Shown here one piece after another: positions 38,101-50,000 of a DNA stretch of 64,000 nt; position 1 is the first letter of the stretch; every line of letters begins with the position of its first letter. Source of the DNA: Tubulanus polymorphus (Eukaryota; Animalia; Nemertea); assembly GCF_964204645.1 (NCBI RefSeq), contig NC_134031.1, positions 20,777,910 through 20,841,909 of the forward strand, in the 5' to 3' direction. The position numbers were made by a program, and so were the translations under genes. A model generated the notes under the pieces. It ran no database searches. It saw only the letters and a program-made list of their open reading frames with translations, and was not told the origin of the DNA.

Positions 38101-41100
38101 CTGATTAACAATACTTCTTTCTGTCATAAAGTCAGCTCTGTTGAAGGTAAATATGTTTGTCAGATTGTTATACCCGGTAATGTTGATTATTGTCCTTATC
38201 GAATCATATTTGAATATTGAAATTGTCAAGCGTTACCCCGAGTTGGCATGATGTCACAAGACCCTAACTTTCTTCTTATGTTCAGAGATTGATCGGAGTA
38301 ACCAGTTTCCTCGATGTCTTCTGCTGACATCTATCGTGTCATTACTCGCGAGAGCATCAGGTGAGCTCAATATTAAACCATGAAAGGTAACAAAGATGTG
38401 TTTGTAGAAAACTGTAGAAATTTTCCATCTCTTCTGCTGTTTTTAGCTGATGTAGTCGAATTATGGATGTTAAAAGTTAAAAGTAATATTGTGAAACAAC
38501 TATTCGAGTCAGTCAAACGGTGTAAGTTTTATAAAAAGTAATGAAAAATTTGAAGAAAGGTTCCCTGGGCCAATTTGACAAAAATGTTCAAAACTCCTCG
38601 AAGGTTTCAATTGTTTCTGGAGTCCATTTTTCCAAGGGCTTTCAATTTGTATACAATTCACGATTTTCACGTGTTAACATTTCACTTTCCCTAGAGTTGG
38701 ATATAAAAGAGGATATTTCAGTACCAGTATGTGAACAAGATTTTTGATCCATTTTAGGTCATATTGAGTCATGTTTACCAGTGTTGATACCGGTCATCGC
38801 GTGCGACGATGAATCTCCAAAACGGGTTACATTATATGAACACGTGCTCGACGGTTTGTCAGCGTTCGTTCGTAATTTACCTTCAAATCTTTTCCCATCT
38901 TTGGTACGTATGGTCTCAACATATTCGTATACCTGTACAAAAACATTGCAACGATATGTAACTTGTACTGTTTATGATATCCTTATTAGGACCCTGTTTA
39001 TCAGTTCAGGGTTAGGTTTAACTCTATGTAAAGATGTAAATGATTAATTTTCGATTCATTAACCCAGTCCAATCTTAACTCATAAACTTCGAAACTGAGT
39101 CCTGAACTTTGAAGATTATGTTTAATTTACTGTTTATCTATTCCTTAGGAAATAACATTGCTGGAAACAGTCGTTTCTCATGATGTAGTTAGTAGTTTAA
39201 TGGCTATTGATATCTGGTGTCTTGTATCGAGGTAAGACTCGAATGAATTCTCCTCTTTTCATCGAGGCATTTCAATAACTGGTGGACTGATATTAATCTC
39301 AGTATTCCAGAGTAATTGAGCAAAACTTACTGGTCACTTGCTTCGACTATCTCTTGGGAAATACGCTACATGCCTCTGCTCAACAGGTACCATATTATGG
39401 GTTATGAGTTTTCTTATATTTTTCATCTTATTGTCTACAGATATGGAAGTGCAGAGTTGTGTCGGGATCATTGTTTAAAACTGTCGGCTTTAGTCAAAGA
39501 TCGAAATGGAAGTCACCACATCGGCTACTCGTGCCTCATTCTCTTGCTCAAAAGATTATTTCAATTTCTTTCACCCGAACATCAAGTAAATAAAGTTTAC
39601 AAGCCTGTGATGAAATGTGAAAATTCCTCGTTTCATTAATCTATCTATTTCTTAACTTCAGCTCGTATTCTGCGATGACTATCCGATACAAGACAACCTG
39701 GAACTATGGTCAATTCTACCGCTGTCGTCAGTGAGTAAAAACGTCGCAGATAGGAATGTCAGTGCTCTATTCAATGTGTGTAAAACTGGTGACCTGAATC
39801 GCCGTAAACAACTACAGGTATAAAACATTTATCAGTGGTCGATTCATCAATCACTGTATTAAAGAGATGCATGTTTTTAATTTTCCTATAGGATGATACG
39901 GCCCCTTGAGAGAATATTTGTAATTCATCACATTCTGGGTATTGGGCAATACAATCAATCTTCATTTTCCACAGCCCATCCAAGTGCGCAGTATCCATTG
40001 TTATTGATTGACATGTGGACTCTACAGTTAAAACTATTCGACCCTATGGAACTTGGTCCAGAGCTATGCAAGCATTTTAAACGAAAAAAATCCACAATAC
40101 CACTGATAGCATTTTGATGGAAAGAATCTGTTGTATCCTCAATTCTATTATGTTCTCTCGATAGCTTCACTTATTGATTTTGATTTGTTTATTGCAGTGT
40201 TTGAGTTTAATGTTGTCACTAGAGCAAACCCCAGCAGTGATAGCATCGACTGTTAAAAGGCTGTGGTCTGATAACGCCAGCATGAATGATTCCGATTTCA
40301 ATGATTTGTTGAGATTATCGTCTCGTTTGATCGTACATTTCGATGAATCCGATTTATTCTTAGTAAGTGCTGAAAATTTATGTTTATACAATGAAAATTA
40401 GTAGGAGAGTTATTACAGTAAATCTCACTTAGCTCAGACAACTGGGACTGACAATATTGATCTGAGGGTAAGCGAAGTCCGAGTTTAGGATAGGAAAGTA
40501 CATAAGGTAGTCAGAAAAATGGTTTGTCTCTTCCAAGTTAGTCGAGTTGGTCAAACCTCTGAGTTGACCATGTGAGGCGAGGTATACTGTAATGTAAAAG
40601 AGAATTCTGTGTGCACTGGAGAAAATGTATCATCCAAATTATAAAGCAGCTCTTGAGTTGAAGTTAGTTCATTTTCAATGTTTTAACTCAGAGTCAAATT
40701 TATCTCAGAACTGGGGACCTGGGTCCAGGGTATGCTCCATATTCCAGTCATGCATTCTACCATGTTCCAGCAAGTTATCTTTCTATAAATGTGTTTGAAT
40801 GTTCGCCATATTATTGTAGATGCTGAACAGTACGTGGAAAAAGATAAACACATCTGCTGTAGAAGGAGCCCTGTTTTTGTCAGTCGCTGAATTTATGGCG
40901 AATCTTCGAAAACGTCAGTTTCATCAACAAACTGACCAGGTACATGTATTACTAATCACGAAGTTTGTTGTAAAGCCATCTTTTTCAATACCAGTGCAAG
41001 CTTCACAACAATGTTTTTTTTCTGCGAACAAATGAGACTTAATTGATAAAACATGAATCATGAAAAACATGAATACTGAACTGTAACGAGTTTTGGATGA

Positions 41101-42578
41101 AATGTCAAACTGCAAATGAAGCAAATCTCTTCACCATATTTTCATTATTGAAAACCTGAAATTTAGTATTACACAGTACGTATATATATATATATATACA
41201 GGGGGTACTGAAAGAGTAAACTCGTATACACTGGAAGAGGGAGTTAATTCTAATGAATGAAGTCGCTTTTTACAGAATGTTCGGATATTGTCGCTGATTC
41301 CGATGATTTTCTTGCGTTTGTTGAAATCTAAAATGCCGCTGATTGAAACGCGTGCGTACGAAGCATTCACGCAGTTCGCGGAGGAGACGAGTCACGGAAA
41401 TATCGTACCGGAATGTGTTCAACAATGCGATCAGTTACAAACCAGAGTCATTCAATTCTTGCAAAAGGTAAAATCTAGCGTAACCGATAAGTCCACTACA
41501 TTTTCTATAGGAATTTACCTTTGAATTTCGGTTTGAGTTAAGATTAATTACATTGTCCCCGCCTTGTCCAAGGTATTTCACTGCATGAAGCTCTAGTTGC
41601 GCAGTCATGCCTTAGATTTAAGATCAGTCATAGACTGGATTGTGACTGTCGATCATCAGGGCTGGGCCGGGTTGTGAACTAATGTTTTAGAACGATAACC
41701 ACACTCAAACGTGGTGAACGGATAATAAGATAAAAACCCACTATCCACAGATTAAAAGAATTTAAAAACAAGAATTCATTTATTCAATCAATCTAAAATA
41801 TATGAAATACACAACGTTTCGATCTCACCCATCGTCAGGTGTGGCACTCTAGGGTGAGATCGAAACGTCGTGTATTCTATATATTTTAGATTGTTCGAAT
41901 AAATAAATTCTTGGTTTTAAATTCTTTTAATCTGTAGATAGTGGGTTTTTATCTTATCAACGAATGTTTTATTTTCCCCATGTTGTTTTTCCACATGTAG
42001 GCGCCTCATGATTCGAGTGGAACATTCAATTTGCTCGAGTATTTGAAAGTACAAGAAACTGAACTGGATAAATTTTATTCTTCATCAGTTGAACCTTGTC
42101 TGAAAAGGAAACGTGATGACAATTCTGAAATCCATGAGGTAAGTTTGAGGAAGTTGCATATATCGAGAATCTCAGGAGCAAATAATTAAGTACGAAAATG
42201 TTTCCGTGAGCTGGTGTAGTTTATTCAATATTTAGACTTTATACTAATAGTTATCTTCCGGCTGGAATACTGTCGGGACGTTGAATAAACTACACAAGCT
42301 CTTTTTTATTTTCTCGTCTTTGTGGGATTCTGGTTATATTATCGTCTCAACACGGATATAGTGTTTTATCAATGGTGATTGATGTTGAATGCCTTTTATT
42401 TTTCCGTTGAAAGGTGGTTCATGAGGGTGATTCGTTTATCGATCAAATAGATAAAGCAGTTACTGGATTAGAAGCGCTCACTGACGATCACAGACGACCG
42501 TTACCCGATAGTTTACTATCTAAGTTATCAAACATTCAAAGCAGATTGAATCAGTTGCTGAATACTCCTACAGTATGA
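29191..42578 (+). CDS. FIRRM: FIGNL1-interacting regulator of recombination and mitosis (C1orf112/DUF4487), multi-exon
   Basis: Spliced exons read MSQSKLDDVVSWSLDEC..., ...LETHLFGVMDPMLSLL..., ...VTLYEHVLDGLSAFVRNLPSNLFPSL, ...SSLMAIDIWCLVSRYGSAELCRDHCLKLSALVK...LILLLKRLFQFLSPEHQ, ...ETRAYEAFTQFAEETSH. These match the remembered C1orf112 motifs (SLYQHVC, AMDAWCFLARYGTAELC, LLKRLFFFM). Stop TGA at 42576-42578, AATAAA near 42750. Some internal boundaries (about 39800-40200) are unresolved. Confidence 0.88.
29278..29944 (+). other. U12-type (minor spliceosome) GT-AG intron, FIRRM intron 1
   Basis: Donor GTATCCTTTT; branch-site-like TTCTTTAAC at 29926-29934, 10 nt before the intron end; no polypyrimidine tract; phase 0 join keeps the frame (...KALR|MKLKEAD...). 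Confidence 0.8.
32369..34819 (-). CDS. Leaderless beta-trefoil cytokine-like protein (IL-1/IL-18/FGF fold), 205 aa, nested antisense in a FIRRM intron
   Basis: Exons 34819-34793, 34189-34139, 34067-34044, 33348-33159, 32770-32649, 32572-32369, all GT-AG and phase-compatible (618 nt). Protein: MNISGIEFEWKMGQNLYKKNRGVYCEHTCYELKQVVDTSDHTVEDWLIFLTGNEHDDEIGDSRYLQLCTSNIRVSHRYLRVNDAGIVDAKGSCNDLNTVFHAFQFFDNGAIYQFRTMATNVQYNNYILCMDDGILKARPYQKSDLHDTSAQFELSFHGEDSSRFALKSCSDNMFLKFDAKGYFVKHPANDERPNYFFLTRYKKKK. The last three exons are well supported; the 5' exons are more tentative. Confidence 0.72.
33302..33680. repeat. 63-bp tandem repeat x6 spanning an intron/exon boundary
   Basis: AACCAGTCTTCGACC recurs at 33311, 33374, 33437, 33500, 33563 and 33626 (period 63). 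Confidence 0.95.
37150..37430. mobile_element. Palindromic GGCCAAATTTGGCC-type dispersed repeat (MITE-like)
   Basis: TTTGGCCCGGGCC, CCAAATTTGG and CACACG motifs shared with about 33900-33975 and 51780-51905. Confidence 0.45.
40416..40589. mobile_element. Tc1/mariner (pogo-type) MITE in a FIRRM intron
   Basis: TA|CAGTAAATCTCACTTA ... TGAGGCGAGGTATACTG|TA. Confidence 0.6.
41725..41957. mobile_element. About 230-bp near-perfect inverted repeat derived from a Penelope-like terminal repeat
   Basis: Arms of about 105 bp, ATAAGATAAAAACCCACTAT...ACACAACGTTTCGATCTCACCC and GGGTGAGATCGAAACGTCGTGT...ATAGTGGGTTTTTATCTTAT. The centre matches the 18730-18765 hammerhead family. Confidence 0.7.
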
Positions 42579-44050
42579 GATACACATTCGTGTGTAAAAC
42601 TTTTAGAATTTTATTTTTTAGAATTATGCAGATGCAATTTGTAACTTAGGAATTTGTGAATGTTGTAAAGAAACCTTTTCTTTCTTAACCGAAATTGGAT
42701 TCAGGGTACTGGGTACCGTAGATGGATTGTATTCGTCTGTGATATGTGAAATAAATAAAAGTATTTATATATTTTTCAATGAAAGTGTTTCTTGTCTTGT
42801 CTATTTGGATTCTTGAAATGTTGACTTCATGAATCATAATCATTCAGTATCGTGATATTCATATCAAGAGGATATTACGACAGTACAACTATGGATGGAG
42901 TTGTCTTGGGACGCGGCTGTTTGAACATTGTGTCCCTTTCAAACTCACATCATCTGGGAATCCCCTTTCTACACATCCGCATGTTCTAAAAGACGTGAGA
43001 TCAGGTCATCATCTGTCCATGTCCCAATGATCAGTCAGATGAACAAGAGGAATGACGAAAGACTCCCATTTGAATTAAAGTCATAAGCAAAAAATGACAT
43101 ATCTAAATATGAAATGATATACCTGGAAGCTATGTACATTCATGGAAACATTCAATATTCAGTAAAATACTAGGTCAACAATGTATGGCTCTACGCTAAT
43201 CGTGTTGAATAGTACAAAAAACAACTATAGGCTCCATATATATCAATAACTAAAGAGAAGAATAGAAGATTCTTCTCATAACTTGGGTATATTATACGTG
43301 TCCGTCGGGTAAACGGATCTTATACACTTTGTGGTTGTTGGAATGTAGCAGAACGGTGTTAAACAAGGAGCACAGGTATCGATCTCACTTAGCTTTGCTA
43401 TTCATTTCATACGCTTTCAACGAAATTCAGTCTGATTGCAAAGAAAGGGCTCTCATCCTATCAGGTTTTATCAACCCTCCCAGTGTCTTTTCTCATGAAA
43501 TTTGATCTGCATTCTTCAGAAACCACCTCTACAAACAGCCACGAAGCTGTATACATAGAGCCACTATACCAAGCTCCGTGCTACCGCACCAACCGACTAT
43601 AACGGTAGCGGTGACCGGTCTATTCGGTAATCAGTTCAAACCGGTAGAATAATGAAAATATTTTCTGTCTTAGTCAATGTGAAAAAGATCCAGTATTTAT
43701 CGATACACCAGTGACATTTTGCCGTTGCTACTGCTATAGGCGGAGTTTACTATATCGTGTTTCTGAGTCAACCCTAAACCAGACCATTGCATTTTCTATT
43801 TTCTTTCCTAAACAACTCGACCATTACTATCGAACTATCACTATCTTATCACGCAACAATTCCGACAATTTATCCGTTTTTCAAACCTTTTCGTGAAACT
43901 GGAAGCCCAAAAAGTAGAAATTGGTGACTGATGTATGAAGGTTATTGCATAATTTTTATAGGTCCATTGCGATTATACATGTAGATGTCCGATCGAATGA
44001 AGGTCGCACGTCGACGACTATGCGGAAAGCATTGCCTTGTCAATCTAAAG

Positions 44051-47000
44051 ATGGAAGTTAGCTTTAAAGTATATTTCGTGTTGATTTGTCTGGTCAGTGG
44101 GACATGTGCAGATGATGACGCGATCCCACATCTAATCGAACGTGGATCTGTAGAACCGGGATTACCTTCAGCTTTAAGACGAGCCGTTGACGAGATGAAT
44201 AATGGCACGGCTAAGGTCAACTCGTCAATAACCTGTTTAAGCGACATGGAAACAATGTTAGGAGCCTGGACGCAACAAAAACCGTGGAGTTTGTCAAGTA
44301 TGTGTCACATGATTACAGACGCCATTGTCATTGATGGAAAATGTATTTCCGTATTTCTGCAGAGGCTTCAATAGCTTATGTTGAAAATAATATTTTGCCC
44401 CCAAAATCCAGGAACTACAGCATAGCTACATACATCAAAAAGGTATTCCATTGCATACAGTCTCGACACCCCTGCTGGGGGCATGGATTGCTCCTACTAT
44501 GAGCGTATAAACTAACGCTCCTTTTAATCCTGCTTAGTTTCCATACTAGGCCCATTGTGTAGTTAATGATAATCCAGCAAGGCTAACGTTCTTAGCTATA
44601 AGTCCGAGTTCTCCTTGGCTAAGGACACCCACGATCGATTTTTCGAAATAAAGCTTCAAACATCTATTCTACAATGAACAAACTGCACCAATATTTTGTT
44701 TTATTCTAGTGTTTGACGCAACTGGTAAACCTAACAGCGATCATCTGGTGTCGTTTGGAAAGTACGATCAATGTCGCAGTGTTATAATCAACGACACAGG
44801 CGTCAGTTTCCACGCGCAGTACTGTTACTCAACATTTGAACTTCATACTAACAAAATTGTAAGTACCGGTGACTTAATGAAATATTTTGATTGCATTTTT
44901 CTATATCTCTGACGACAAAAACCAAGGGTTAAAAGTTTCTTATTTCGAAGAATTCTATCTTTAGGACATCCCGATATATTTAAACTACGGAACTTGTTTT
45001 CCAAGCACCTGCCGTCCATACGATACACAAGTCCTCGTCAATACTGGTCAGTAAAAACGAATAACAAAATATCTATTCGTACGAAATATTGAAATGAACG
45101 TGGCTGATTCGGGTCATGTAAAAAAACCCGCAACGCAAAACCATTTCGTTTTTTTTTAAACCAAATTATTTCATAAGTTTTTTGCATGGCATATGTAGAT
45201 TCATTGTAGAGATGAATGAATCGAGTGCCATACTTTATTGATACTTCACGTTACTTGAGATGAGATGTTTTAGCCACCACTTTGCAAATGGTGTTTTTGT
45301 CATGCAATTTGTAACGCAGCGGATCGCTGTCTATTGTGGTGATTTAACTATGAACTGATTTTAAGTGCTACAGTTATCGGCCTAATGTTCCACCAAGCGC
45401 GACGTGACCGAAAGCATAGATTGAATTCCTTTATTTGTCCAGTTTAATACCTTTTAACATCGATATATGCCAATTTCTATATGATATGTCCTTAGGAACT
45501 CGTATTTGCCTTGGATGAATGTCCTCCTTGCGTTGAGCCAAAATACTAAGTTAGTTTTGAAATAATTTTCTGTTACAGTCATTGGTAACTTCGGAGTCAA
45601 CACAACTACCAAACCGGCCAAAACAGCTTGTAAAATTAAAGACAAACCACCATTCGGTCTTGGTCATTGGATTGTCATGTAAGACAGTAATTATTTCTCA
45701 GTCCTGAAAATTTACTTTGTAATGAAACCGAACTATATATACATTTTCCATCCCACTTCAGTTGTATTTTCGGAACTCTGGGGATCTTTATCGCTGTTGT
45801 GACTGTTTATGATTTGATGCTGAGAAAACGTCGTGGAGACTCAACGCGTGAACCATCGGACGGGGTCGAGATTCAATTGGATACGCTAGAGACGGAAAAC
45901 GCCGTCGTCGTCGACGAAACTGTAAACGACGTTTCTAACGAGAAAAACACGGGAACATCGGCGACCGTTGAAACAAAACCGAACTTATCGAGTATGTTTC
46001 TTTCATGAATGATTTTACTTATGCGAAGTTTTTTGAATTAGTTGACAGTACATCATCATCATCATCATCATCATGATTTTATCATTATTACGATTGCGTG
46101 AGGAAATTTAGCTGATTGTATATATATTTAATTTTAACAAAAACACGACTAACCAGTTGCGAATAGTTCCCGAATTAGAATTATCTATCTTCAGATTTGA
46201 ACCGAGAACTTAAGAACTAGAGTAGGTGAATGCAATGAAATGATAAATAGAATTTGCTTGAGTGTGAAATTGAATAAGTTATTTGTATGCGTCTTTTCAT
46301 TTGTTCAACTCAAAGAGTCAAATGTATTAAAATCCACACTGAATAGAACGGCTCCACAGTTCTCAGATTTCTTGAGAATGCATTATCGACGATTGTTTTC
46401 AAATGTGTTTCTAATTTCATGTCATTTGCAGTCGTTTGTAAGGATGTAATTCTTGCGTTCTCGGCCTACGACAACTTACTAAAACTAGTATCACTTGAAT
46501 CGAGCGGTGATACGATCAACTGCATTCATGGAATTAGATTTATCACCATGTTCTGGATTATACTCGGTCATACATATGACTTTTTCTTCATCTTTGTACG
46601 ATCTGGTAAGTTTTCGCAACATCATCCATACTCATTTTATCTTTCGCTTCTCGTATTATGTTTTTAGATCCTTTTAGAACTTTGTTGATAATTTCCCTTG
46701 CGTGTGAGTATCGTCTATATTTTTCACTTTGAAAATGTTTCGGATCTTTTCAGAAAACGTCATTGAGTACGCATCGTCGTTGATAAAGAATTGGTCGTTC
46801 TCGATTGTCTACGCAGGCTACTACTCGGTTGAGACTTTTTTCTTTTTGAGGTTTTCATTTTCTTCATATCGGTTCTTAAACATTTATAATTTGAAAAATA
46901 AAACACTCAGACTTAACTAATTGAATTTCGGGTTCTTTTCCATTCAGTGGCTTGGTTTTAACATACATATCAATGAAGAAGATGCTAGACAGTGGAGGAC

Positions 47001-50000
47001 CTAAAAACATCAATTGGTTTATGTTTTATTTTCACAGGTTCTGGAGGTGAGATCTATGTTTTCCTATCGTGCACGATCTTACTTATTAGTGGTCTTCTAG
47101 CCACACATTTCCCACCTGAAAAAACCGTATCGATGGGCAAGAAACCATATCGATGGGTAAACAGTGTCCAGTAACAGTGTTTAAAATAGTGTAATGTTTA
47201 TGATTTATAGTTATTTTATTGCGATTCTCCAGTTTAGGTACGGTATTGAAAATTAGCGTCGTGATTTTAGGTGATGCCCCCTCCCCCCGTTTACCGACCT
47301 CCATTATTATAAGCAAACACTACGTCGCATGGCAAACCACCCCACGTAAACACAAACCATTTTGTCATGGTCATGTCATTAATTTCAGGTTGACGCCATT
47401 GTACTTAGCTTTATGGATGATCTATGTCACATTTAGCAGCTATTTCGGTGATGGGCCGCTGTACCCCGATTACTCGAGCCTCGAGGGCAGTGGACATTGG
47501 TGTTCATATTCCTCATTTCTGTTCCATATTGCTTATATCAATAACTTTATCCCAAGTGGTGTAAGTAATTCTAGATAGTTGCTTCATTTGTGAAATATTT
47601 TTCATACGAAATGGAATACTTTTAATTACTGGTTTTAAATATATTTTGTTCGCCGCCAGTGTATGGGATGGGCGTGGTTCCTGGCTGTTGACATGCAATT
47701 ACACGTGATATCACCGATATGCCTCTTAGCTTTCTACTGGTAAGATACGTTATTGTGTTCATTTCGAATATTTGGTTATTATAGTTCGATCGCTAATTCA
47801 CAAAAACGATTCTTTATTTCCTAACTCATTATTCTATCAGGCATTATGGAGCTGGGATCGGTGTTGTAATACTGTTTTGTTTAGCCAATTACGTATCCGT
47901 AGGAGTATCATCCACACTGATTGGACTGACTCCACCGTCTTTAACAGATTATAGGTAAAATAACATGTATAGTCTAATGCGGAACTAACCCGGTCCGCAA
48001 CAGTAAATAAATCAAAATCATCAGATTCAAGAAATTGTCAAACGTGTTTTCTTATCCTTACAGATATATATTTTTCATATACTACAAACCTTGGAGCCAT
48101 TTTTCGCCATTCGTGATCGGTGTAATGGTCGGTTATTTACTGTGTAGCACTAGAGATAAGAAGTGGAATATCCATTGGGTATGTTAGAGCAAACAAGCCT
48201 GAACATATTTTACAGGTCGAGGTCCCCGGAGCGTAGGTCCTTCTTTTTCACCCCGATCGGACACCAAAGTTTATACATTCTATAATTAACATACAAAAAT
48301 AAATGTTGTAAGTGCTTTCTGACAATATAGCGCGTCTCGGCCAAATGAACATGAAAATGGCTGCCTCCAATGACCGCTGTGTTATGTACTACAACGTAGA
48401 GTTAGATGTACACTTAAATCTATGTCGGTAAATATCTATTTCTTATTCTAATCAGGCTTTAGTTACAATCGGTTGGTTGATTGCCGCTGCTCTCGTATTG
48501 ATACCAGTCTTCACCGCATTCTTACCTTCGACGCAGCTTGAAAACTCGATCTATTTGTCGCTGGCTGCGACAGCTTGGTGTTTAGGACTCTCGTGGATCG
48601 TCTTCGCGTGCCATGTGGGTTATGGAGGTATTTCTTACCGAATTATGTAAAACCCACAGATTCCTTGTGAACAGTTAAAAATACTAAACGATAAAATATA
48701 TATTATATTCTGCGTTAGGTCCGGTGAATTGGCTGTTGTCTTTAAAGATATTCGCGCCATTAAGTCGTCTGACGTACAGCGCTTATCTAATCCACCCGAT
48801 CGTCATATTGGCCGTATACAAGTCCCTACAACCTCCGCTCTTTGGAAATAACATCACTTTGGTAAGTAGAACATGCATTTGTATGACCACGCTGAAATAC
48901 CTGACAGGTAATCTGAAAAGACGGATGAAATGGAACTATGAATATTGACCATAGGTTTCTATGCCAGAGACAATCTATAAAAAAGGATTCCATATCACGA
49001 CTTTTCTTTTTGGCTGGAGCTGTAAAATATGCATCACCGTGCGACATGCAATACACAGGAACACTCGCAGATAAAACGACCAGATAAGTTAGCGAAAGAT
49101 AAACTGTGGAATCTTATCATTATCCAGAAAGCTGCTAAATTTTCGAAGGCCTCTAACAGGACACAGTTCGGTAGAATCCACGGACATGAAAACGATGTAA
49201 CAAATTCGACCAATTTGTATCTTGAGTTGAATTCATGAGTAATGAGGATGAAATGCTAATATTCTGATTCACACCGTAAAAATAAACAGTAAATTCCTAA
49301 TTCTTAAGCAGGATAACATTTGAATATCGGTAGAAAGAATATTATTACTGGATGCAGTTTATCATTTCATTCTTACTGAATACTTGAGTATTCAAGTGAG
49401 GCCAGTTTGAAATAGAAAAGAATTCGAAATAACGAAATTTGATTATTTACGTGTGCGTAGAATAAAATAGATCATTTACTAAATGCCACTGTAACTAGTC
49501 CACTGTATGCGGGTTATAAAGTGAATCAAAATTCCAGAAGTCAGTTCTTGTTTTTGACTGAATTTCCAAAGCCGATTTTCATACAGAAATATTCACGAAT
49601 TTCTCGTCCCAGTAAAAGATATATGTAGAAATTTACCACGAAGTTACAAACATGGAATTGTGTGAAAATGTCCAATATAAATTCTCTCTGTTCCGGTGAG
49701 ATTGGTAACAATATTGTAACAGTGGTTGGAAGTGTAAATGATGCAAATGCGAGTGAAACTGTTACAAGCATTATTGTCGTACGTTTTGATTTCGTAGTTT
49801 TCTGATCGGACGAAACCATTTTTGAACCTCTGAATAACTGAATTATTATAACAATATTTGACGTAATGATTAAAGATAACGGTATGATGTTAGCGTGGAT
49901 TACAGCTCTGGTGAAAAATGTTATTTGGTCAAATAATCTATAGTAACAACCGAAATACTGGTTGGAAAATTGTATCGACAATGTTGGTAGAAGGAATATA

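Noticed and set aside
39890-40120. Apparent phase conflict and GTATCCATT (possible second U12 donor) in FIRRM
   Set aside because: Could not resolve the splice sites by eye; insufficient to claim a frameshift or a second minor intron.
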